Of a stretch of 64,000 bases of DNA, positions 17,602 to 25,714 are shown in pieces. The notes below the pieces were generated by a model, which searched no databases, had not been told where the DNA came from, and saw only the letters and a program-made list of their open reading frames with translations. This DNA is from Anaerohalosphaeraceae bacterium. GTDB taxonomy: Bacteria; Planctomycetota; Phycisphaerae; Sedimentisphaerales; Anaerohalosphaeraceae. A program made the translations under genes and the position numbers. The stretch spans positions 32,001 through 96,000 of the forward strand of contig JBNRMN010000063.1 of NCBI GenBank assembly GCA_050309605.1, in the 5' to 3' direction. Numbering within the stretch: position 1 is the first letter of the stretch; each line of letters begins with the position of its first letter.

Positions 17602-18246
17602 ATGTTTACAGGCTTAATAGAAGCGATCGGCACGGTGCGCCAAGCACAACTGCGGGGCGGGCAAATGAATCTTGAAGTCAATTTAGGCCCGTCAGTTTCG
17701 CAGGGCACTCGGCTCGGAGACAGCATTGCCGTCAACGGCGTCTGTCTGACGGTCAGCGAACTGCACGGCGGTTGTGCGCGATTCGATGTCAGCGGCGAAA
17801 GTCTGTCCAAAACAACCCTTAAGCATCTCACGTCCGGTTCCAAAGTCAACCTTGAGCGGGCGATCAGTGCCCAGGGACGATTCGGCGGGCATTTTGTACA
17901 GGGGCACATTGATGGAACCGGGACGATTGCAGCCATTCGAAAGCAGGGCGATTACGCGACGTTTCGATTTTCCGCACCGCCGGAGTTACTGACGCAAATG
18001 GTCTTGAAAGGATCTGTGGCCGTGGACGGCGTCAGTCTGACGATTGCGGCCCTGGATCAGAGCGGTTTTGAGGTCGCCCTCATTCCGACCACACTCAGGG
18101 ATACCATCTGGCACCTGTCCAGCGTCGGCGACGCGGTCAACATTGAAACCGACATGCTCCTTAAAATGGTGCGTCGCCAGATTGAGCAACTGCTTCCCGA
18201 AAGCGGTACGCTGACGGCCGAGAATCTCAAATCGCTTGGTTTTTAG
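17602..18246 (+). CDS. ribE: Riboflavin synthase (alpha chain)
   Basis: MFTGLIE start, GDSIAVNGVCLT, GGHFVQGHIDG, GSVAVDGVSLT. Confidence 0.96.
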   Translation: MFTGLIEAIGTVRQAQLRGGQMNLEVNLGPSVSQGTRLGDSIAVNGVCLTVSELHGGCARFDVSGESLSKTTLKHLTSGSKVNLERAISAQGRFGGHFVQGHIDGTGTIAAIRKQGDYATFRFSAPPELLTQMVLKGSVAVDGVSLTIAALDQSGFEVALIPTTLRDTIWHLSSVGDAVNIETDMLLKMVRRQIEQLLPESGTLTAENLKSLGF

Positions 18247-18312
18247 ACGCGCCTCAGCCCCGGCTCGACGCTGTCCCTTTGGTCAGCAGCACGGCGGCGG
18301 ACGGTATGGCAA

Positions 18313-19353
18313 ATGACGATGACGGACAACCACACAACACGACTTCTCGGCAACGACCTGGTGATCGGCATTACGATGGGCGATCCCGGCGGCGTCGGCC
18401 CGGAGATCATCGTCAAGGCGCTGGCCGATCCGGCATTGAGGCGTCAGGCCAAGTTCATCCTGTTCGGGCTGGATGAGGCGCTGGAATACGCCGCCGACCT
18501 GATGGAGGTTGAGCCGTTTTGGTTCCGCTTTCCTCATGAAAAACTCAGCCGGGACTATCCGCGGCAGGTGTCCGTGGCCGATTATGACGACTATTCGGCC
18601 CCGTCGTGGATTCATGCTCCGACCCGCGCCTCCGGCGAAGCGTCGATGCGATTTTGCGTGGATGCGGTTGGCGCCGCCCGGCGGGGGCTGATTGATGCCG
18701 TGGTCACCGCTCCGATCAGCAAGACAAGCTGGAAACTGGCCGGAAGCAAATGGCCGGGACATACCGAGATGCTGGCCGACTGCTGCAAGTCGCCCCGCAA
18801 GGCAATGATGTTTGTGGCCGGGCCGCTGAAGATGGCCCTGGCGACGATTCACGAGCCGCTGTTTGAGATTCGCCATAAGTTCACCATCGGCTGTGTATTC
18901 GAACCGATTGATTTGCTGGATGCAGCTTTGAAAGAGTATTTCGGCATTGCCCGGCCGCGGATTGCGGTGGCGGGGCTAAATCCGCACGCCGGCGAAGACG
19001 GCCAATTCGGCGATGAGGAGCAGCGCATCATCAAGCCGGCCATTTTGCTGGCTCAGGAAGCGGGCATCCTTTGCCAGGGGCCGTATCCGGCCGATTCGCT
19101 GTTTGTCCGCGCCGCCCGCGGCGAGTTTGACGGTGTGGTGGCGATGTACCACGATCAGGGGCTGATTCCGGTCAAGATGCTGGCCTTTGACCGTGCCGTG
19201 AATGTCACTATCGGCCTGCCGATTATCCGCACCAGTCCGGCACACGGCACGGCCTTCGACATTGCCGGCAAGGGTGTCGCCAATGCCGAAAGTATGAAAT
19301 CCGCCATCCAAACCGCCGTCACGATGGCACGAACAAAGACGATGTCGAAGTGA
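18313..19353 (+). CDS. pdxA: 4-hydroxythreonine-4-phosphate dehydrogenase
   Basis: GDPGGVGPE, PGHTE, LNPHAGE, MYHDQG, RTSPAHGTAFDIAG. Confidence 0.95.
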   Translation: MTMTDNHTTRLLGNDLVIGITMGDPGGVGPEIIVKALADPALRRQAKFILFGLDEALEYAADLMEVEPFWFRFPHEKLSRDYPRQVSVADYDDYSAPSWIHAPTRASGEASMRFCVDAVGAARRGLIDAVVTAPISKTSWKLAGSKWPGHTEMLADCCKSPRKAMMFVAGPLKMALATIHEPLFEIRHKFTIGCVFEPIDLLDAALKEYFGIARPRIAVAGLNPHAGEDGQFGDEEQRIIKPAILLAQEAGILCQGPYPADSLFVRAARGEFDGVVAMYHDQGLIPVKMLAFDRAVNVTIGLPIIRTSPAHGTAFDIAGKGVANAESMKSAIQTAVTMARTKTMSK

Positions 19354-19379
19354 TCATAAATTGTGTTGTATGACTAAAT

Positions 19380-20264
19380 ATGCAGACCAAACAGGACATT
19401 GAGCGGTTGTTGGCCGGGGCGGGATTGTCGCCGAATCGGCGGCTGGGTCAGAATTTTCTGATCGACCTGAATCTGATGAGGATGCTGGTCGAAGCGGCGC
19501 ATCTGACCGACCAGGATGTCGCGCTGGAAGTGGGGACGGGCACCGGCTCGTTGACCGAAGAATTGGCTTTGCGGGCCGGGTACGTCATTACGGTGGAATA
19601 TGACACCGGTTTGGCGCGATTGGCGGCGTCCCGGCTGGCGGCGTTTGACAATATTTCGGTTTTGCAGGGCGACGCCCTTGAAAGCAAGAATGCCCTCAAT
19701 ACCGAGATGCTGGCAGCGATTGAGTCGGCGCGGTCGCAATACGCCGGTCGGCTGGTGCTTGCGGCCAACCTGCCGTACAGTGTCGGTTCGGTGGTGATGG
19801 CCAACCTGATGGTCGGGCCGGTCACGGCTGATGTGATGGTCGTGACGGTGCAAAAGGAAGTCGCCGACCGCATGGCCGCGACGCCCGGACACGACGAGTA
19901 CGGCACGCTGAGTATTCTGATGACCGCGACCGGCCGGGTGCATTTGTTGCGAAAGCTGCCGGCCTCGGTCTTTTGGCCGCGGCCGCAGGTCGAATCGGCG
20001 ATGGTCGTATTTGAACGCGACTCGAAAAAAGCGGCGCAGATTCACGATATGGCGACTTTTCGACAGGTCATTACGTTGTTTATGGGGCATCGGCGAAAGA
20101 TGCTCAAGGCCTGTGTCAAGTTTGCCGATGGCGCGCTGGCCCATATTCGCCATTGGCCGACGATCTTCGAAGAGGCCTTCGTCGATCCGCATCATCGCCC
20201 CGAAGAACTGACCGCTGCCGACTATATCAATATCGCCAATTTGTGTTATGAACAAACTCGATAA
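19380..20264 (+). CDS. rsmA: 16S rRNA m6,2A dimethyltransferase (KsgA)
   Basis: LGQNFLID, EVGTGTG, ANLPY, QKEVADR, FWPRPQVES; follows pdxA. Confidence 0.96.
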   Translation: MQTKQDIERLLAGAGLSPNRRLGQNFLIDLNLMRMLVEAAHLTDQDVALEVGTGTGSLTEELALRAGYVITVEYDTGLARLAASRLAAFDNISVLQGDALESKNALNTEMLAAIESARSQYAGRLVLAANLPYSVGSVVMANLMVGPVTADVMVVTVQKEVADRMAATPGHDEYGTLSILMTATGRVHLLRKLPASVFWPRPQVESAMVVFERDSKKAAQIHDMATFRQVITLFMGHRRKMLKACVKFADGALAHIRHWPTIFEEAFVDPHHRPEELTAADYINIANLCYEQTR

Positions 20265-20302
20265 TCGATGACAACGATGATTTATGTGTGGAGATCATCT
20301 CA

Positions 20303-20905
20303 ATGAATCAACATCAACGCGCGATGGATACCATCGCTGTGCACAAACAGGTGCTGGCTCAGCTTGAGGGGCGCGGCCTTGAGATGCTGTCGGCTGCCGC
20401 GTCGCTGCTGACCGTATGCCTGGCCGACGGCGGGTGCGTGTACGTCTGCGGCAACGGCGGCTCGGCGGCGGACGCGCAGCATATCGCCGCCGAACTGGTC
20501 GGACGGTTCGCTCGTGAACGCAAAGGACTGGCGGCTGCGGCGCTGACAACGGATACTTCGATTCTGACGTCCGTGGGCAATGACTACGGCTTTGAGCAGG
20601 TGTTCGCGCGGCAGGTCGAGGCGCTGATGCGACCGGGCGATGTGCTGTGGGCATTTTCCACCAGCGGCACCAGCAAGAATGTACTGGCCGCCGCGGACAA
20701 GGCAAAACACCTTGGCGGAACCATTTTGGCCTTTACCGGCAAGCCCGATACGCCGTTGGAACAGATGGCCGATGTCTGTCTGGCGCTGGACGGGCCGACT
20801 GCGACTGTTCAGGAAGTTCACCAAGTTGCCTATCATATCATTTGCGATCTGGTGGAAGAAGCGTCAATGAACACTCCAATACAACGCAAAGGAAAGACGA
20901 CCTGA
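20303..20905 (+). CDS. gmhA: D-sedoheptulose-7-phosphate isomerase (SIS)
   Basis: CGNGGSAADAQHIAAELVGRF, GNDYGF, STSG. Confidence 0.92.
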   Translation: MNQHQRAMDTIAVHKQVLAQLEGRGLEMLSAAASLLTVCLADGGCVYVCGNGGSAADAQHIAAELVGRFARERKGLAAAALTTDTSILTSVGNDYGFEQVFARQVEALMRPGDVLWAFSTSGTSKNVLAAADKAKHLGGTILAFTGKPDTPLEQMADVCLALDGPTATVQEVHQVAYHIICDLVEEASMNTPIQRKGKTT

Positions 20906-21558
20906 TGAGAAAAAATGTAATTCTGTTGGCTATCGGTATGATGCTTTCGGCGTCGGTCAGTGTTTTGGCGGCGACCAACGGCGTCCAGACCTTTGATTTT
21001 TTGTTCAAGTCCGGCGACGTGTTGTGGATCGGCGAGGACATCGGCGGCGAGTATGAGTTGTCTGTGCTGCATCAGGTCGTCGTTCGCGATGATGGGGTTG
21101 CCGCCGGACAATCGGAATTAAAAACCTTTCGCCAATGGGCGCCGATTGCCGCGCTGGATACGTCTGTTCGTACAGAAGCGGTGATCAGGCTGGAATCGCT
21201 TTCCGACGGCCGCTGGGGGCATTCGGATTTGACCTGGACGCTGCGGCCGCCGGATGAAGATAAAACGCTGACCGAGTTATTTATCGCCCATGTCCAGGCC
21301 GGCGGCAGCAACGCCGAGAGTTTTTATGCCGCTGAGCAGGCCCCGGCCAAACAGCCGCCGCTTTTTCGTGGAGCCGACGCCGAGCCGCTGTATTTTTCCG
21401 ACCGCGGCCTGTTTTTCAACTATACCATTGATTCGGCCTACGTCTTTGTCCGCAGCGGATTGGTATTGGTATTCACCCATCAGCCGACAAAAGCCGTCGG
21501 ACTGGATACGATGCATGGCTTTATTGTAATGCGATTGAACGGCTCATTCGGACAATAG
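20905..21558 (+). CDS. Hypothetical secreted protein
   Basis: TGATG overlap with gmhA; signal peptide MRKNVILLAIGMMLSASVSVLA. Confidence 0.7.
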   Translation: MRKNVILLAIGMMLSASVSVLAATNGVQTFDFLFKSGDVLWIGEDIGGEYELSVLHQVVVRDDGVAAGQSELKTFRQWAPIAALDTSVRTEAVIRLESLSDGRWGHSDLTWTLRPPDEDKTLTELFIAHVQAGGSNAESFYAAEQAPAKQPPLFRGADAEPLYFSDRGLFFNYTIDSAYVFVRSGLVLVFTHQPTKAVGLDTMHGFIVMRLNGSFGQ

Positions 21559-21566
21559 CGCGTGAT

Positions 21567-22202
21567 ATGGCTCATCAACAGCTCAAACTTGTAATTACGG
21601 CGGGTGGGACACGGGAGTATCTTGATCCCGTGCGGTTTATCAGCAATGCCAGTTCGGGACAGATGGGTTATGCGCTGGCGCGGGCGGGCTTACGGGCCGG
21701 GCATACCGTAACGCTGATTACCGCCCCGACCGCACTGAAACCGCCGCAAGGCGCCAACATGATATCCGTCCAGACCAGCGACCAGATGTTTCATGCCGTT
21801 AAAGAGGCGTTTTCGGATTGTGACGTGCTGATTATGGCCGCGGCGGTATCGGACTATAAGCCCGCCCAAACCCATCCGGTCAAACTCAAAAAGAAAAACA
21901 CCGAACTGACGCTGCATCTGGTCCCGACCCGCGACATTCTGGCCTGGGCAGGGCGACATAAACAGTCGTCCCAGCGGCTGGTCGGTTTTGCCCTTGAAGA
22001 TTGCGACCTGTTTGCCAACGCCGAGGAGAAACTCCGCAAAAAACGGCTTGATATGATCGTCGCCAACGCTCCGGACGCCATCGGAGCCGGCGCTTCGGTT
22101 CTGCATATCAAAACCCCCGACGGCAACTGGCAGACGCTTAAACACGCCGCCAAATCCCGTCAGGCCGCCGCACTGATCGCCATGATCGAACAACTCGCCT
22201 AA
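21567..22202 (+). CDS. coaB: Phosphopantothenate-cysteine ligase (CoaB half only)
   Basis: ITAGGTREYLDPVRFISNASSGQMG, AAVSDY, VGFALE, DMIVAN. Confidence 0.9.
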   Translation: MAHQQLKLVITAGGTREYLDPVRFISNASSGQMGYALARAGLRAGHTVTLITAPTALKPPQGANMISVQTSDQMFHAVKEAFSDCDVLIMAAAVSDYKPAQTHPVKLKKKNTELTLHLVPTRDILAWAGRHKQSSQRLVGFALEDCDLFANAEEKLRKKRLDMIVANAPDAIGAGASVLHIKTPDGNWQTLKHAAKSRQAAALIAMIEQLA

Positions 22203-22212
22203 GATGCGCGAT

Positions 22213-22923
22213 TTAGGTCGCCTCGAAAAATCGATCCAGTAAACGCCACAGAACCTGTCGCATCGAAGCGCAATGGCCGCAGCCGGTGCGAATCTGCTCA
22301 GGCGACTGAATAAACGGTCCGTCGGTCAATTCATCGGCGCAGTGGGCGAGCATTTGTTCGATGCTTTCGGTCGTGTATTCCAGATGATACTGTAAACCCA
22401 ATACCCGCCGGCCATACAGAAACGCCTGATTGGTGCAGGCCCGGCTTTCGGCCAGATGTATGGCGCCCGACGGCAGGGCGAAGGTATCGCCGTGCCAGTG
22501 GAACGCCTGAAAACGTTTCGGCAGGGCATCGGCCAAAGGCGAGTCCACCGCCGCGGCGGTGCGCGACACCTCAAACCAGCCGATTTCCTTATGGGCGTTG
22601 CGGCTGACCTGACCGCCCAGCACATCGGCCAGCAACTGCGCCCCCAGGCAGATTCCGATCAGCGGCTTCTGATGGTCGATGCACGCGCGGAGAAATGTTT
22701 TTTCGTCTCTGAGCCAGGGATATTCGTTCAGCTCATTCACATTCATCGGGCCGCCCATCACGAAGGCCGCGTCAAACGCCTCCGTCGGCGGCAGCGGCTG
22801 ACCGGCATACAAATGAACCGGCTCAACGGTATGGCCGCGCTGGGCCGCCCATACCGCCAGATTGGCCGCCTCTTCAAACGGTACATGCATTAGACTGAGA
22901 ATTCGCACGGGGTGCCTTTTCAT
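22213..22923 (-). CDS. Type 1 glutamine amidotransferase-like protein
   Basis: MGGPM, GICLGAQ, WHGD, QYHLE. Confidence 0.9.
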   Translation of the reverse strand: MKRHPVRILSLMHVPFEEAANLAVWAAQRGHTVEPVHLYAGQPLPPTEAFDAAFVMGGPMNVNELNEYPWLRDEKTFLRACIDHQKPLIGICLGAQLLADVLGGQVSRNAHKEIGWFEVSRTAAAVDSPLADALPKRFQAFHWHGDTFALPSGAIHLAESRACTNQAFLYGRRVLGLQYHLEYTTESIEQMLAHCADELTDGPFIQSPEQIRTGCGHCASMRQVLWRLLDRFFEAT

Positions 22924-24137
22924 TGATTTTTGGTATTCACACGCAGTAAGGTAAAGGGTTCCAGCCCCACGGGCAAACGCAGCCGCAGTTCGTTTTGAGC
23001 CACGTCAAGCCATCGGCCGTCGAGGGTTTCGAGCGGGTCAGGCAGCGTCAGGGTTGACAGCGAGCCGTCGGGACGCAGCACGTCAAGGGTTTGACCGGCA
23101 CAAAGCCTGTTGCGAACACGCAGCACACATCCGTTTGGTTCGATGGACTCCACCTCGGCGACAAAGAGGCTGTCGCCTTCGGAATTGCTGCGCTGCCATT
23201 GGTAGTCCTCCGGACCGATGCCGCCTTTGATGAATCCGGTACTGTAGCCGCGATTGGGTACGTGGTTGAGCCAGGCCAGCGCCTCTGCGGCGGTGAACGA
23301 CGTGCCGTCCAGAATCTGCCGATACAGGCTGACGACCGAGGCGATGTAATGGATCGACTTCATCCGGCCTTCAATCTTGAGCGATCGGACTCCGGCCGCG
23401 ACCAGCGACGGCACAAATTCAAACAGCGCAAGTTCTTTGCTGTTAAACAAGTATAATCCTCGCGCATCTTCGGCAACCGGCATAGTTTGACCCGGACGGG
23501 TTTCTTCGACCAGGGCGTATCGCCAGCGGCAGGGGTGTTTGCACCGGCCGCGATTGGCTCGACCGCCGGCCAGATAATCGCTGATCGCACAGCGCCCCGA
23601 ATACGAAAAACACACCGCACCGTGGATGAAAACCTCGGTTTCGATTCGCCCGCGCGTCTGAGCACAAATGTGCTCAATGTGCGAAAGCGACAGTTCTCTG
23701 GCCAGATTGACCCGCCCCGCACCCTGTCGGGCATATTCAAGCGCGGCCTGAGCGTTGGTGGTGTTGGCCTGTGTGCTGATGTGAAGGGCGGCTCGCAGGC
23801 CGTGCTCACGCAGCGCCGCCAGCAGCCCCATATCCGCCACAATAAACGCATCGGCGCCCATGTCGTCCAGCTTTTGAGCCAGCGAAACCAAACGGTCGAT
23901 TTCATCTGAAAACGGATAAATATTCAGCGTGATATAACCTTTTTTGCCGCGGTCGTGCAGATAGCGCAGGCCCTGTTCGGCCTGGTCGAGCGTGAAATTG
24001 CCCGCAAAACTCCGCAGCGACCCGAATTCAAGGCCGAAATACACCGCATCGGCCCCGTAGGCAACCGCCCACTTGAGTTTTTCGAGCGTCCCGGCCGGGG
24101 CCAGCAGTTCCACCGTGTTGTGAGGGTTCGTTCCCAT
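22920..24137 (-). CDS. Peptidase U32 family protein (TrhP-like hydroxylase)
   Basis: ELLAPAG, GADAVY, HISTQAN, HGAVCFSYSGRC, NRGRCKHPCR, LKIEGRMK. Confidence 0.9.
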   Translation of the reverse strand: MGTNPHNTVELLAPAGTLEKLKWAVAYGADAVYFGLEFGSLRSFAGNFTLDQAEQGLRYLHDRGKKGYITLNIYPFSDEIDRLVSLAQKLDDMGADAFIVADMGLLAALREHGLRAALHISTQANTTNAQAALEYARQGAGRVNLARELSLSHIEHICAQTRGRIETEVFIHGAVCFSYSGRCAISDYLAGGRANRGRCKHPCRWRYALVEETRPGQTMPVAEDARGLYLFNSKELALFEFVPSLVAAGVRSLKIEGRMKSIHYIASVVSLYRQILDGTSFTAAEALAWLNHVPNRGYSTGFIKGGIGPEDYQWQRSNSEGDSLFVAEVESIEPNGCVLRVRNRLCAGQTLDVLRPDGSLSTLTLPDPLETLDGRWLDVAQNELRLRLPVGLEPFTLLRVNTKNQ

Positions 24138-24242
24138 GGGTTTTCTATAACTCGTATCGGAGCTTATTGAAACAGCAAACAGGCTATTGGAAAAGAAAAA
24201 ACAGTTGCTTTTTCGCACGAAAAAACATAACACTTACCGCTT

Positions 24243-24734
24243 ATGACACACAATGCTGAAAAACCTGTGATTGTCATCGGGCTGGGCAATCCACTGATGG
24301 CCGATGAGGGCATCGGGCCGGCGCTGGTCGCAGCGCTGGCCGAGATGGCCCGGGCGGGCACGCTGCCGTCGGATGAGGTAGAATATCTGGACGGCGGCTG
24401 CGGCGGGATGTATCTGCTGCACTCGATGGCGGGACGCCGAAAGGTCATCCTGATTGACTGCGCCAAAATGGGACTTGCCCCGGGCACGCTTCGGCGGTTT
24501 ACGCCGAATGATGTGGCCACCGTCAAGCAAATGACCCATCTGTCCCTGCACGAAGTGGATATTCTGCGCGTGATAGAGATGACCGAGATGATCGATCAGC
24601 GCCCCGGCGAAATCGTCATCTTCGGCATCGAGCCGCAGCGCATCGAGATGCAAATGCGCCTGACCGATACCCTGCAAAAACACGTGCCGGACTGCCTGGC
24701 GGCAATTGCCGAGGAAATCAATAACTCAAACTGA
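24243..24734 (+). CDS. Hydrogenase maturation protease
   Basis: GLGNPLMADEGIG, DGG, ILID, SLHE, FGIEP. Confidence 0.9.
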   Translation: MTHNAEKPVIVIGLGNPLMADEGIGPALVAALAEMARAGTLPSDEVEYLDGGCGGMYLLHSMAGRRKVILIDCAKMGLAPGTLRRFTPNDVATVKQMTHLSLHEVDILRVIEMTEMIDQRPGEIVIFGIEPQRIEMQMRLTDTLQKHVPDCLAAIAEEINNSN

Positions 24735-24886
24735 CCGATGGCCAGCTTGAGAGATCAAAAATCAAAAATTAAAGAGCAAAATTGAGGATTCGCCCTTTCG
24801 GGCGAGCCATTTGATTGCTCTTTTCAGAACTGTAACTTTTGACGATAGTTATGTCAAAACAGGGCCGGTTTTCGGTCAGTTTGAGT
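24724..24886. mobile_element. MITE-like non-autonomous element (163 bp, 15-bp TIR, 5-bp TSD)
   Basis: ACTCAAACTGACCGA (24724-38) and TCGGTCAGTTTGAGT (24872-86) form a perfect inverted repeat; CAATA flanks both sides; related copies at 3332 and 53274. Confidence 0.8.
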
Positions 24887-25102
24887 CAATACAACGTAAG
24901 TCGTTAACGAAAAAAATATAAACGGCTTCGGCTAAAGGCCGAGTCCGCAATTTTGATATTTGATTTTTAATTTCTCATACAGACCTCTGAACAGTACTGT
25001 AAGCGATTTCCATACCGCAAAAGGAGGCAATCTTTGCTCCGGTCTGGAAGGCCAATCTATATTGGCCCGACCCAACAGAACAGAGCCAAACCTTAATGGT
25101 TT

Positions 25103-25633
25103 CTATCTGCATTTATATATTGCCATAAACACCATGTAGGCAATCAACGCTATAATGGCGACCGTAATGGAGCGGACCGAACTTTTTAATTTTCTTGCTT
25201 TGTCTTGGTTGATTTCGTTAAGTCTTTCGGCGCTGTGCTCATAGGCATCAATGATCTTCCCGCGAACCGCCTCGTTTGTGCTTGCGTCTTTCAACAGTTC
25301 TTTTGTGCTGCCGGGATACTCGAAATCCTTGACCTGAAAGGCCGTCAGTGCCTTCAGAATACAAGCAACCAATCCCCCCGCGTGAACCACAAGGAAAACA
25401 AGAGCAAATAGAGATAAACAGATACATCCTTCTGACTTAAAGCATCCAAGCAGCTCGGCCGTCGTGTCAACATTCATCGCCTGAAAACCTACCAATAGCC
25501 CCGCAATGCCGATGACCCCCAGCGCCTTGTTGTCCAGCGTATCAAAATCCCCCGCATAACGATCAAACAAACCCTTCGAGTAAGCGATCAAGTCCTGAGA
25601 TGACCGGTAACTATCGTTATCATTGACTGCCAT
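25103..25633 (-). CDS. 3-TM membrane protein resembling Pycsar effector (DUF5706-like)
   Basis: LDNKA before TM1, then TM2, a Pro-containing loop, and INQDKA before the C-terminal TM; GGAG RBS; family call is by eye. Confidence 0.55.
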   Translation of the reverse strand: MAVNDNDSYRSSQDLIAYSKGLFDRYAGDFDTLDNKALGVIGIAGLLVGFQAMNVDTTAELLGCFKSEGCICLSLFALVFLVVHAGGLVACILKALTAFQVKDFEYPGSTKELLKDASTNEAVRGKIIDAYEHSAERLNEINQDKARKLKSSVRSITVAIIALIAYMVFMAIYKCR

Positions 25634-25714
25634 TAACAAAACTCCATTCGTATCAGATCATAACGTCATCACACATCTACTTCATATTCCTTCCAGGCCT
25701 CCGGCGGTAGCTCT

